Positions 1-12,228 of a stretch of DNA of 64,000 bases are shown piece by piece. Numbering within the stretch: the first letter of the stretch is position 1; each line of letters opens with the position of its first letter. A program made the position numbers and the translations under genes. A model generated the notes under the pieces. It was not told where the DNA came from. It saw only the letters and a list, made by a program, of their open reading frames with translations, and ran no database searches. This DNA is from Selaginella moellendorffii (taxonomy: Eukaryota > Plantae > Lycopodiophyta), in assembly GCF_000143415.4 (NCBI RefSeq), contig NW_003314283.1:1142364-1206363 (forward strand). The letters run 5' to 3'.

Positions 1-860
1 CTGTTCCCAATGTTGGGTGATGAGCTGCCCACTGGGAAGTCCAAGACTAAAGTGAACACGGACCGACAAGCGGGGTAGCTTGGTGAAGTGTTCAAGAGCC
101 GGCTTTAGTTCCCCTGGGAGATCAATTGGCCAATGCTCCCAGTCCAAGTGTGGGTGGCACTACCTACTTGGATACCTAGTGTGGCTCAACGGAACCTCAC
201 TCTAAGCCCACGGCTAGAGCACCCAAAGGCGGAAGGTGGGGAGAGTACCCACGAGGCCTATGGTATTCCGAAATGTTGCCCCAAGGTCTTAAACTGTGAA
301 AAGGAAAAGGAGCCGTCCTATAGTGTAGAGACCAAGGATGCAATCATGTGAGGAGGAAGTCCCAGACGACCGTGGGACTTAGTGGTTGGGCCTGTGAGCC
401 TTGATCCAGTGGCAGTGTTGGCGAACACGGCTATGGGCAAAAAGGGACTTGGTGGAGACCGGAAAAGGGATGTTGGGGAAGGCTATTCCCTATGTCTGTG
501 TGCATCCTAAGGACGCTAAAGAGTGGATTTGGGATGATCACTCATGGACGGATGGCCTAGTCTTTGAGAAACGGGACTGTAATGTAGGTGGTGTCAGACC
601 ACTGGTGTGACCAAGGTGATTGGGCATGGCCTCAACGTAATGGGCTGATATGTCGGTGGTACCTTGGGGTGTCGATCATGGGATCGGATACGTAGAGCAC
701 TTGGACCAAGTGCAAAAGTTGAGTGGCATGGATGCCATTCTTGGGGCTGGCAAGCCCCAAGTTCGGTATTGGACTTATGGAGGTTGTGAATGAGACTCCT
801 CCAAGTGGTCGGAGGTATGGTTAAGTGACTAAAGTAGAATGGAAAATTTAGTTGCTTACA
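1..860 (+). repeat. 5' LTR (truncated by the window edge)
   Basis: Direct repeat of 5735-6601 with scattered substitutions and one ~11-bp indel; ends in CA and is followed by the PBS. Confidence 0.92.
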
Positions 861-863
861 ATT

Positions 864-874
864 TGGTATCAGAG
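864..874 (+). other. Primer-binding site complementary to the 3' end of initiator tRNA-Met
   Basis: TGGTATCAGAG, 3 nt after the LTR end; canonical plant iMet PBS. Confidence 0.9.
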
Positions 875-3349
875 TTGTTCCTTAGTCCGGCTTTTATTGG
901 TGCTCAAGTATATCACTATTGATATTGGAAACGGAAGGTCCTAGAAGTGGGCCTATCCTTGAGGAGTAGCATGTTGAGAGGACATGGCTCTCCACTCAAG
1001 TTCATGCGTGAACATGGGCACGATGTGGTGGATAGAAAAGGGGCCAATAAGGGAATGACTTTGGGATCTTGGGAATAATATAAGGTTTCCCTCAGAGAGT
1101 TGAGGATGTGATCCGGATGAGCGGTTGACTCAGCAAACTGGCTAAGGTAGTTGTGGTAAACAACTATAGTTGGTATCACGGGAAAGATAGAGGCTCCAAA
1201 ACAATAAAGGAGTCACAAAATTATCCTCGCATAATTGAGGCTAGTGTTCATGAATTTGAGACCGAAATTGATGACCGTGAGAAGTGAAGTACGGATGAGG
1301 ACACGAGTCCTTGAAATGGTAGCCGAGGCTACCTTTTATAAATGCTGGAACAACCCAAGGAGTTGGGGGTGTACTTAGAGGATGAGTTGGTATTCTTATC
1401 ACATGGACAAGTGGTCTTAAAATGCAAAAGGTTGCCCCAAGAGAACAAATCAAGTGTCGGAGTAACAATTGGAAAGATGGTTCTTGTGAGTAGAACTTGA
1501 ATACAAGAAGTTGTATTTCAGTGAGCTGGCACCTTAAAGGTAGGACCTCATGGGTCATCAGATGACAAAGTCCAAAAAGCTAGATGACTCAAATAGAGTC
1601 AAGGAATAATACTAAAGGATTGATGGAAGCATTTGGATTGAGGTGTGTTGTACCCCACGAAGGATGGGGGGAATCATAAGATCCAAGTATGAGAACAGAG
1701 GGTATTTTATTGATGGCAGAATGTGCCATACTAAAGTCGTGGGAAAGGTGTTCCTAGAAAAAGCAACTTTGGTGCAGAGTTGTGTGCGAACACTATGGTG
1801 TAGTGCTAACGGATAGTTGACATGAGAAACAACTAGGTTAATTCTGGCAAAGACCTAGACACAAGTGCAAAGTGTCATAAAGGCAGACTCATGGAGCTGA
1901 TGGTGTAGAGACACCAAATGGGCCAAGGTGTGATACCTTGAGGTTATATTGATGGGTTCATAAGAACCCCTTGCCAAGGGAATCCCAATTTAAATGGGAA
2001 TGGCATAGTCTAAATTGAAAAGCATGTGGTAGAGTGTAGTAACCTAGATAATGATGAAAGTGTGGAAGCACCAACAATGAGTTGTAGGGCTTGACAACTA
2101 TGAGGCAACTAAGTAAGAGGTGCAAGATAATTGGTTAAACGGATAGAAGGTAGCTACCTAAAATTTCTTAATGGCATAAGGAAGTTAGATATACCCTTAC
2201 GGGGGATAAATTGCTTATGTTGCAATATAGTGAGTCAATGTTGTAAAAGGAAATGCTCATTGTCAAGAAGGCTATCATTGGGACACCCAAACACTCTAAA
2301 ACACCAGGAAGTGGTGTTTGGTGTTGCAAGGGCATTAGATAAGGCCCAAGGGACTAAGTCCCTAGCGAATGATGAATAGGAAGTGTTATCCAAATGTCTA
2401 AGGTTCTGGAGACGGGAGAAATCTGTCTACCCGATTTGGATAAAGCAAAAAATGGGATTTTGGCAAGGCTAGTGATGGGCATATAGAGGCCCATAAGTAG
2501 CAACATTAATCCCGGTGCGTGGGATTATGAGGTGAGCATGCCCAGATTAAGGAACCACTCCCTAAGCTATTGGGTAAATTCATCCCTATGAATACTTGCT
2601 AAGGCATAGTAGAAGGTGCAAAGCTATCTTTTTAGTTTGGAGGAGAATAAGCAAAGGAAACATATAAGGCCAAAAAGTAAGTAGTATTGAGATGGAATTG
2701 AACCATAAAAATTGAAGGGCATAACTGACAGTGGTTATGCAAGTTGGGAGTGGAGAATCAAGAGGGTGCTCGAGGATGTTGTTACTAGCAACCGCAGTGC
2801 TATGGAGAGTCTAAAATGTGAAATTATCCATGTTAGACGATATAGTGAGTAAGGAGCTTGCAAAGGAGAAGCCTTAGCAAGCTAAGGAACAGAGTTCCAT
2901 GAAGGTTCCCAAAGACAATTCTAAGTAGATAAGTACCTAGAAAGCTAAATGTAAATGGTTCCTAAAGTGCGCAAAATTAGAGTGGCGCAGCAGAAGCATG
3001 GTCTTGAAGCTGGCCATGAGGCGAGGCTATCAAAGTTGGGGAAGTATTTCCCAAGTGTTCAAAGAAAGGGCTTTGAATGAAAGTCGATGGTTAGGACTAT
3101 CACGCTTATGCATGAACTATGTTACGGTGGCCGGATGACTTACTAAGTGAGATTGGCAAGTCAGGGGAACAAATCCCTAGTCAAAGGTGCTAACTTCAAA
3201 AGGGATGGCCCATGGGGCCAAGCATGGAAGAATCTATGCATGATCACATACTTGTCTAGTGAGAGGGCTTGGCAGTGCGGAGGAACTAGGTTCCTAAGCT
3301 GTGATCTATAGTGCGCTTTAAATATAAATTGGTGCAACGACATGGGGAG

Positions 3350-3830
3350 TCACGCCAGGCATCTTGGATGATGCCTTCTGTAGATGCATATACGGAGGTT
3401 GGGTTCGAGTCCCGACCCTCTAGTGCTTGGGTTCAAGTCCCAAATCACTAGGGCGTGGTGATGGTTTGGAATATGAGGACATTCATTTTTCGGTGGTCAT
3501 GGACTCTCAATGAGGAGACTGGTTTGGGCACACTGCCAAGCGAGGGATGCCTTGGAGTCATGATGCACGGTTAGATTGCTTAGTATGGCTTGGCAATCTA
3601 ACTTGAACACTTTGGTGCGAGTGGCACCAAGGACGTGGTGAATGAGATAGGGATATCCAGTCTCAGTTGCTATGGACCCTTAGCCAGAAGGGCTGGCTTG
3701 GGTGCACCACCAAGTGTGGGGGATGCCCTCGGGGTCATAGTGAACAACTTCAAGGTCTGGAAGATCTAGTACCTATTGGCAAACCTGTTAAGGTGCCAAA
3801 GTTGGATCACTAGGTGGTCTTATGGCTAAA
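3350..3830 (+). ncRNA. Predicted structured RNA domain inside the retroelement (five-way junction, two four-way junctions, hairpins)
   Basis: Hand-folded abutting helices, detailed in findings; covariation between the two four-way copies. Confidence 0.6.
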
Positions 3831-5129
3831 AAAAAGGACAAGGTCCTTGCGAGGTTAAGAGATAAAGTTCCTAATTCAAAAGTGTTGATTTGAACTATTG
3901 ATGATGGTGTGGCTTAGTCAAGGTAACCAAGTGGGAAGAATACCTAAGGGAAAGAATTATGTTAATGTGATGGCATAATAAGTCTGAGAAAAGTAGTCTC
4001 TATAAGAGATCCAAGGGAGGGTCTCAAAAGTGGGGCCATGGATAAAGCCTACAGTAGAAAATGTTAAAGAAACATACTAAGGGTGAACACCCTCTGGACT
4101 TGGCAAAGTAAAGTGTTTGCTATGGAACCGAAAGGAAACCTCGAAAATGGAGGTAGTGATTCTATGTTGCTGGGGGCAACAATCAAGGATAGGAGCAAAA
4201 GACTAGTGGCTAAGAAAAGACCCATGGGAATCATGGGAAAGAATCTAAATGGCAAAGTTAGGCCGAGAACACTAATGTGTTGAGTGCTAATGGATTGTGA
4301 AAAATGCAATATTTCCCCAATGATGGATTCCCAACCACTCCGATTTGGCGAAAGTGGAAGCTTCAAGAGGGGCAGCGTCAAGGTAGCTAAATAATAAGGT
4401 CGGGGGCAGCCCTAGCACCAATTATGATAACTGGAACTTAGTGCCAAAAGTGGCACGATGTCGATGAGAGGATGATAGTGCCCTCAAGTAAAGAACTTCC
4501 TAGGATGGGGAAGTGGAGTTGCACCATGTGCAACGTAAGGTGTTGGAGACACTTAGGAAATTGACTCTGAGAAGTCAAAATTAAAAGTTCTAAAGTGCAA
4601 AGGTTATGTCGATGGAATCTAAGACTACACGAGAATGAGTAGTGGAATTGAGTTAGAAAAGGTGTCTCTAACGGGTTTAGCGAAAACTGAACCAATAAAA
4701 GGGAGTAAACCACCCCAGGTGGCCGAATGAGTCTCTATGTTGGAGAGACTATGCTCCTTAAAGGATGGATAAGGCATGATGAGCTTTCGCTATCAAACCA
4801 TAGACAAATATTAGCCAGGTGCCAAGGATGGAAACAGTAATAAAAGGGTTTACCGTTCAATGAGGACATCGAACTTTGTTTATGGGTGGTGGAGTTGTGA
4901 GACACAAAATCCTTAGGCCCCAAAGTGGAGCCAAAAGGGCGCCATGTGGTAGTGGCTGAAGCAAAAGCCAAACGAGCGTAACACGCTTGGACTAAAAGCT
5001 CCGACTTGAAAGGTCAAGAGCGAGAGTGGAACTCCCAATAAAGTGCTCGAGGAATGAGCACGAAGCAAGCAATAAAAGAGGCTCTAAAAAAGGGACCCAA
5101 AAGGACTAACACATGACATGTGGAAGTGT

Positions 5130-5607
5130 CTGAGATAGACTTGAGATGGAGTCTGAGATGGGGTCCAAGATGGAGTCCGAGATGGAGTCCGAGATGGAGT
5201 CCGAGATGGAGTCCGAGATGGAGTTCGAGATGGAGTCCAAGATGGACCGAGATGGAGTCTGAGATGGAGTTCGAGATGGATCCGAGATGGACCCGAGATG
5301 GACCCGAGATGGAGTCTGAGATGGACCCAAGATGGAGTCCGAGATGGACCGAGACAGAGTCCGAGATGAGGTCCGAGATGGACTCGAGATGGAATCTGAG
5401 ATGGAGTCTGAGAAGGACCCGAGATGGAGTCTGAGGTCAAGACCGAGACAAGGACCGAGACCGAGATCAAGACCCAGACCGAGACCGAGACCGAAATCGG
5501 GACCGAGACCGAGACCGAGGTTGAGGTCGAGACCGAGCCCGAGCCCAAGTCCGAGTCCGTGTCCGAGTCCGAGTCCGAGTCCGAGTCCGAGTCCGAGTTT
5601 GAGTCTG
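5130..5607. repeat. Minisatellite gradient: (GAGATGGAGTCC)n, then (CCGAGA)n, then (CCGAGT)n
   Basis: Directly visible tandem 12-mers followed by 6-mers, just upstream of the PPT. Confidence 0.95.
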
Positions 5608-5686
5608 AAAGGGTAAAAGCCCAAAGCGTTCATCTCCTAGACCCTAGGGGGTTTGGTGAGCTCCAAAAGTATAGTAGGGGGAGGAC

Positions 5687-6601
5687 TGCAGTGGAGCCAG
5701 TTTGGCCAAGAAAGGCCAGTTTGGCTTAGGAAGGCTGTACCCAGTGTTGGGTGATGAGCTGCCCACTGGGAAGTCCAAGACTAGAGTGAACACGGACCGA
5801 CAAGCGAGGTAGCTTGGTGAAGTGTTCAAAAGCCGGCTTTAGTTCCCCTGGGAGATCAATTGGCCGATGCTCCCAGTCAAAGTGTGGGTGGCACTACCTA
5901 CTTGGATACCTGGTGTGGCTCAACGGAACCTTGCTCTAAACCCACGGCTAGAGCACCCAAAGGCAGAAGGCAGGGAGAGTACCCATGAGGCTCGCGTAAG
6001 GCCACGGTGTTCCGAAATGTTGCCCCAAGGTCCCAGACTGTGAAAAGGAAGAGGAGCTGTCCTATAGTGTAGAGACCAAGGATGCAGTCATGTGAGGAGG
6101 AAGTCCCAGACGACCGTGGGACTTAGTGGTCGGGCTTGTGAGCCTCGATCCAATGGCAATATTGGCGAACACGGCTATGGGCAAAAAAGGACTTGGTGGA
6201 GACTGGAAAAAGGATGTTAGGGAAGGCTATTCCCCATGTCTGTGTGCATCCTAAGGATGCTAAGGAGTGGATCTGGGATGATCACTCATGGACAGATGGC
6301 CCAGTCTTTGAGAGACGGGATTGTAATGTAGGTGGTGTCAGACCACTGGTGTGACCAAGGTGATTGGGCATGGCCTCAGTGTAACAGGCTGATATGTCGG
6401 TGGTACCTTGGGGTGTCGATCATGGGATTGGACACGTAGAGCATTTGGACCAAGTGCAAAGGTTGAGTGGCATGGATGCCATTCTTGGGGCTGGCAAGCC
6501 CCAAATTTGGAATTGGACTTATAGTTGTGAATGAGATTCCTCCAAGTGGTCGGAAGTATGGTTAAGTGACTAAAGTAGAATGGAAAATTTAGTCACTTAC
6601 A
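5687..6601 (+). repeat. 3' LTR (~915 bp, TG...CA)
   Basis: Preceded by the PPT; matches 1-860. Confidence 0.9.
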
Positions 6602-6719
6602 CCCGAGAGGAAGTTTGAGGTCGAGTCCAAGATGGACCCAAGATCATCAATCATACACTGTGATCTTCCTTGGAAACCACAAAATAATCAAACTCCATCG
6701 ATCCAAAGCATTGACAGGC

Positions 6720-6920
6720 CTCTTTCAAATGACTTGAGTGGCTCAACGCTCTGTAAGAATGCTCATAAATGTTCGACTAACACCCTCCAATTGAGAATGT
6801 AAAGGAGAGTCTTGGAACATCCCTGAAGCAGTGAAGTCCACAACACAATGCTTTCGATTGGCACAGCGTCAAAGAGCTTCTTAGCATCGCATATGAGTGC
6901 TCCACAGTAGTTTAATCTGA
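6720..6920 (-). pseudogene. PLS-class PPR gene remnant
   Basis: Minus strand translates to YCGALICDAKKLFDAVPIESIVLWTSLLQG, a PPR-like motif (CG...AKKLFD.MP....SWT.LL.GY). Confidence 0.7.
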
Positions 6921-6929
6921 ATCATGCCT

Positions 6930-7195
6930 TAGTGTCAAACTCGATTTCCTTCTCCACTGGATTCGACGAATTCCCCTGGAAAGCCACACTAGTAGAGTTA
7001 GCGAAAAGAAAGAGAGAGAGAGGGATAGAGTGGGATTTTATCATGAAAGCGTGAACATCAGCCAGCAGAGCCTGTCACTTCCAAAAAGAGTAAACGAAAA
7101 TCGCAAGTTCACAGCAGCAATGTCCTGGATTGTTGCATTGCGCAATCGATCTCTTACAACCAGGTTACTAATCACTTGACTTGGATACCAGGAAT
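6930..7195 (-). pseudogene. Inverted, intron-containing fragment of the neighbouring PRMT10 gene
   Basis: Reverse complement of ~9765-10055. Translates YPSQVISNLVV...NATIQDIAAVNLRFSFTLFGSDRLC versus YPGQVIGDPVVV...NATLQDIAAVKSRFSFTLSGSDRLC. Retains the intron 3' end (ACTAGTGTGGCTTTCCAG). Confidence 0.88.
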
Positions 7196-7880
7196 GCCGC
7201 CACCGCCGCATGCTATCAAAAAGGTTCATTCACAAGTCCAGGTCTACCAAGAACATAAATCATGTCTGAAAACACAAAATAATCAAACTCCATTGAACCA
7301 AGCTGGAGTGGCTCAATGCTGTAAGAATGCACACATAAATGTTACTTAGTCCTGACTAACACCCTCCAAATTGAGAACGTAAAGGAGAGCCTTGGATGCC
7401 GCGAATGGGCATATGCTGTGTCTCTGGTGGGCATCAAATTCATTATGATTTGTCAAAAATGTTAGTTAAGGATGGCAAGCATGGCATTCCACATCACTCC
7501 GTAGCGATACGGCATCGATTCCAACAGCTTCCTTGTCGTCAACCAGGCGAGGGTGTGTCATGTTTGACACAATACCCCACGTGGAACATTAGTGCCTTGC
7601 TCGTGATATAAGATACCAGGTCATCTGGTCATGGAGATTCCCAGCCTGGGCATATGCTGTGAGCAGAATCGTCCATCTATGAGACCAAGTCCGCCTGTGG
7701 CATCTCTCTAAGTGTGCTGTCCAAAAACTCTATATTCTGGGGATGGGAATATGCTCTAAGCAATCTCATTCCAAGAGACAATGTTCTCTCATTCATTGCA
7801 TCAACGATCCCTTTGGCCGATGCCAGATGCCCATCCTGGGAATACCCCTGAAGCAGCTAAGTCCATGTGGGCATATGACT
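7195..7880 (-). pseudogene. Further PPR gene debris
   Basis: Minus-strand LFDSMRRWRHSW and TAYAHSRH motifs. 7265-7400 duplicates 6670-6820; 7648-7760 is an inverted match to 11545-11640. Confidence 0.6.
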
Positions 7881-8052
7881 GTATCTTATCCGCCACTGTG
7901 CCTTGGCACGTGTCTCAAGTACATTGCACGTCTCCTAGCCCACGTTATTCATGCTAATAGTATAAATATATGTCTTCCTCCACTCTATATACATACCACT
8001 CTCTGTAGCTATCTTTGCAGCAGCACAGTTTAGTCCCTGCGTAGCAAATCCC

Positions 8053-8349
8053 ATGGAGAAGGCAGCAAAGATTGCTTTTATTCTCACACTCATAGTTGCA
8101 ATTTCATTTGCCTCACTTGAGTTCACCAATGCTATTGAGATAGCTCCCAACACAAAGTTTGTGCCGGCTTCTTCTCTTCTCTCATACTTCAGGAACCTGA
8201 AAGAGATGGAGTGCATGCCGCACTCTCAATGCTGCCCCGACTCCAAGCCCTGCCCATCAGAGGACCAGGAGTGTAAGATCTGTGCCAAAATTTATCCTGC
8301 ACTGTGCTTCTGCACAGACAAATCTGGGCTTAACAAGCTGATGCTGTAA
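8053..8349 (+). CDS. Bowman-Birk-type serine protease inhibitor precursor (98 aa, 8 Cys)
   Basis: N-terminal signal peptide. CKICAKIYPALCFCTD matches the BBI inhibitory loop (compare soybean BBI second loop CICALSYPAQCFCVD); predicted P1 is Lys. TATAAAT at ~7961. Confidence 0.85.
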   Translation: MEKAAKIAFILTLIVAISFASLEFTNAIEIAPNTKFVPASSLLSYFRNLKEMECMPHSQCCPDSKPCPSEDQECKICAKIYPALCFCTDKSGLNKLML

Positions 8350-8736
8350 TCTGGAGGTATGACTTAATTCGTGTTTCTTTATACTCAGTGCTAATCATTT
8401 GTGTGTCCTAGAAGATGGACAACTTGATGCACACCTTCTGATCTAAAGAATGGAGTAATAAATGTCTTTATGTGCTAAAACTATGTGATTTTGGGCATTT
8501 TTCGCTTTGCAAGTGATCCATTAGTGGTTATTTCTTTGATAGCCACGACATGTACTGTGTAATTCGCTACTGGTAATAATAAAAAAACTCTCAAGCTTGT
8601 TTGAGAGTTGACAACGACAAGTCTTAACGGTGACGTGTCAGCACGGCATGATGACGTGTCTGTACGGTTTGGGTCTAGGGTTTTGGATTTTTTGTCTATG
8701 TCTTCTAGGGTTTTACAGGCAGCGGTGGCGGTGAGG

Positions 8737-10328
<1,592 letters not shown>

Positions 10329-10470
10329 AAACTAAGATTTTCCTGATTCTTTCAAGCAAAACTATAGACATTGACACTCACGAAAGGGTACCACCTCTTC
10401 ATGACTTAATATTAACTATTCCTTTTTCATACTATTCCTCCTGAGCTCCAGGTACTGCTGCGATCCAAAA

Positions 10471-10843
10471 ATGGCACTTTTAGGGGACAACACCCAGCCT
10501 TACACCATAGATCATCCTAAATCTTTCACGAAGAACAATGATATAGATATATCGTTGTTCTTTGTGAAAGGTTCAATGAAGTATGGTTACACCATAGATG
10601 ATCTAAACGTTGCTAGAAGTTTGAGGATCAAGCTTCCCTCTCGAACATACTTTCGAGTTGCGGCGCGTGAAAATGATGAAATTCCCACTGGTTTGCATCT
10701 GGATGTCAAGGACTTGGAGCCACAGCCAGCTCGCACTCCGTTCTATATCAGTGAAGACTGGTACTTTTTGTTTGACTGATGCTAATGACAATACAATCAA
10801 GTCAGGCCGGATGCTGCCAGACGAAAAGCTTGTTGTCAAGTGA
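10471..10843 (+). other. Small orphan ORF, possibly frameshifted
   Basis: ATG-initiated 102-aa ORF that continues ~22 codons in another frame after a T run at ~10764. No family recognised; part of it is duplicated at 12075-12152. Confidence 0.3.
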
Positions 10844-11076
10844 TTACAAGAGGGAAGTAGCAACAAAGACCAAACAGAGCGAGCGAGCTTGATTAAATGC
10901 CTTATACATAACTTTGAATGGAAGATATATAAAATATAAACGTCTGTATTGAAGCAGAAATTTCCCCGACTCTGAAACTCAAAAAAATAATAAAAAAATG
11001 CAAACATCCCAAAGGGAATCCCGCACACAAAGGAAAACAACAAAGAAACACGAGATAAGTTAAGCATACCTCCAGA

Positions 11077-11374
11077 TTACAGCATCAGCTTGTTAAGCCC
11101 AGATTTGTCCGTGCAGAAGCACAGTGCAGGATAAATTTTGGCACAGATCTTACACTCCTGGTCCTCTGATGGGCAGGGCTTGGAGTTGGGGCAGCATTGA
11201 GAGTGCGGCATGCACTCCATCTCTTTCAGGCTCCTGAAGTATGAGAGAAGAGAAGAAGCCGGCACAAACTTTGTGTTGGGAGCTATCTCAATAGCATTAA
11301 TGGACTCGGAGTGAAGCAAATGCAAATGCAACAGTGAGTGTGAGAACAAGAGTGATCTTTGCTGCCTTTTCCAT
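11077..11374 (-). pseudogene. Second Bowman-Birk inhibitor copy with a +1 frameshift in the signal-peptide region
   Basis: ATG at 11374; 298 bp versus 297 bp for copy 1. An extra base at ~11308 (ctcCgag) gives ...ASLRVH*. The mature region is nearly identical to copy 1. Confidence 0.85.
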
Positions 11375-11539
11375 GGGATTTGCTTTGCGAAGACTAAACT
11401 GTGCTGCTTGCAAAGATAACTAGAACCTAAAAATGGTCTGTCTATAGAGTGGAGGAAGACATGTATTTATGCTATTAGACAAGCCTTGCATGAATACCAT
11501 GGGCTGGCTGTTATTGTGATCGTGGGCTTCGCTTTTGAT

Positions 11540-11760
11540 GCAGCTTAGAGCATATGCCCATACACAGAATATAAAATCTTTGGACACCGATGCCACACGT
11601 CTCGTTTGTGGACGATTCTGCTCACAGCATATGGGTGCCTATAGCGAGGCTTGGACTGATTATGGTGTGGGCGTGGGGACGGCCATGGTGGCGGCATATG
11701 CCCATTCATGGCAGCCGGACTTCTTATTTGAGAACATGCCCTGACGGTCACTAGCGCCGC
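11540..11760 (+). pseudogene. PPR gene remnant
   Basis: [24 protein letters not shown] resembles the PLS-PPR consensus TAM.AAYA..GH....LF..MP.R. Confidence 0.7.
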
Positions 11761-11899
11761 GAAGAGCAGGAAGATTCCATACTTGAGATGGCACAGCAGC
11801 CATAGAAACGCCTGCGCGATCAGAAACGTGAACAAGAGATTGACCAACACCGTGATGCTCTGCCCCGCTGATCGCGTCTCGAGCGGGAAAATCTCGCTC

Positions 11900-12152
11900 A
11901 GACGCTAACAGGTGCTTCGAAGCTGTTTTCTCTCTTTGTGATCAACGGTTTTCCACTCGCTCCGAAAACCACCAGCTCGGTCAAGATCACGAGCTTCGAG
12001 AACAGACGAAGTTCTTCCTGATTACATTAAACACCCTTTCTAATTCCTCTTGACCTCAGTTTGCTCCAAAAGTTGTTAGAAGTTTAAGAACCAAGTTTCC
12101 CTCTCGAACTTGCTTTCATGGTGGCCCGTGAAAGTGATGAAATTCCCAGTGG
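11900..12152 (+). pseudogene. Deleted direct copy of the PRMT10 3' end and downstream DNA
   Basis: Colinear short matches to 10090-10120, 10220-10350, 10420-10470 and 10611-10690. Confidence 0.7.
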
Positions 12153-12228
12153 AAAAGAAAAATTTGCACGAGGTTAAACACTGCCTTTGTAAAAATTTGC
12201 ACGTAACAGTGATTTTGTCAAAAAGGCT

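Larger units (their letters stand above)
1..6601 (+). mobile_element. Non-autonomous (LARD-like) LTR retrotransposon; the 5' LTR starts about 48 bp before the window
   Basis: 1-860 aligns colinearly with 5735-6601 and both copies end ...CTTACA. PBS TGGTATCAGAG (tRNA-iMet type) at 864-874. Polypurine tract AGTAGGGGGAGGA at 5673-5685 precedes the 3' LTR (TG at 5687). No recognisable gag/pol ORF in the 4.8-kb internal region. Confidence 0.88.

Noticed and set aside
15-60. Hammerhead ribozyme (retrozyme) core in the LTR
   Set aside because: Reads GTGATGAG rather than CTGANGA, and no correctly placed GAAA or stem III.
4400-4900. Possible integrase-tail or chromodomain traces (KGLPFNEDIE) in the LARD
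   Set aside because: Too short and degenerate to call without an HMM search.
5130-5607. CRISPR-like array
   Set aside because: No unique spacers; eukaryotic minisatellite.
5084-5729. Several overlapping ORFs of 94-175 aa (LGLG, SPRW, ETET repeats)
   Set aside because: By-products of stop-free 6-mer and 12-mer tandem repeats.
12150-12228. Dicistronic tRNA-Gly-snoRNA, as in Arabidopsis
   Set aside because: A T5 terminator follows the tRNA directly, and the snoRNAs lie on the opposite strand, upstream.
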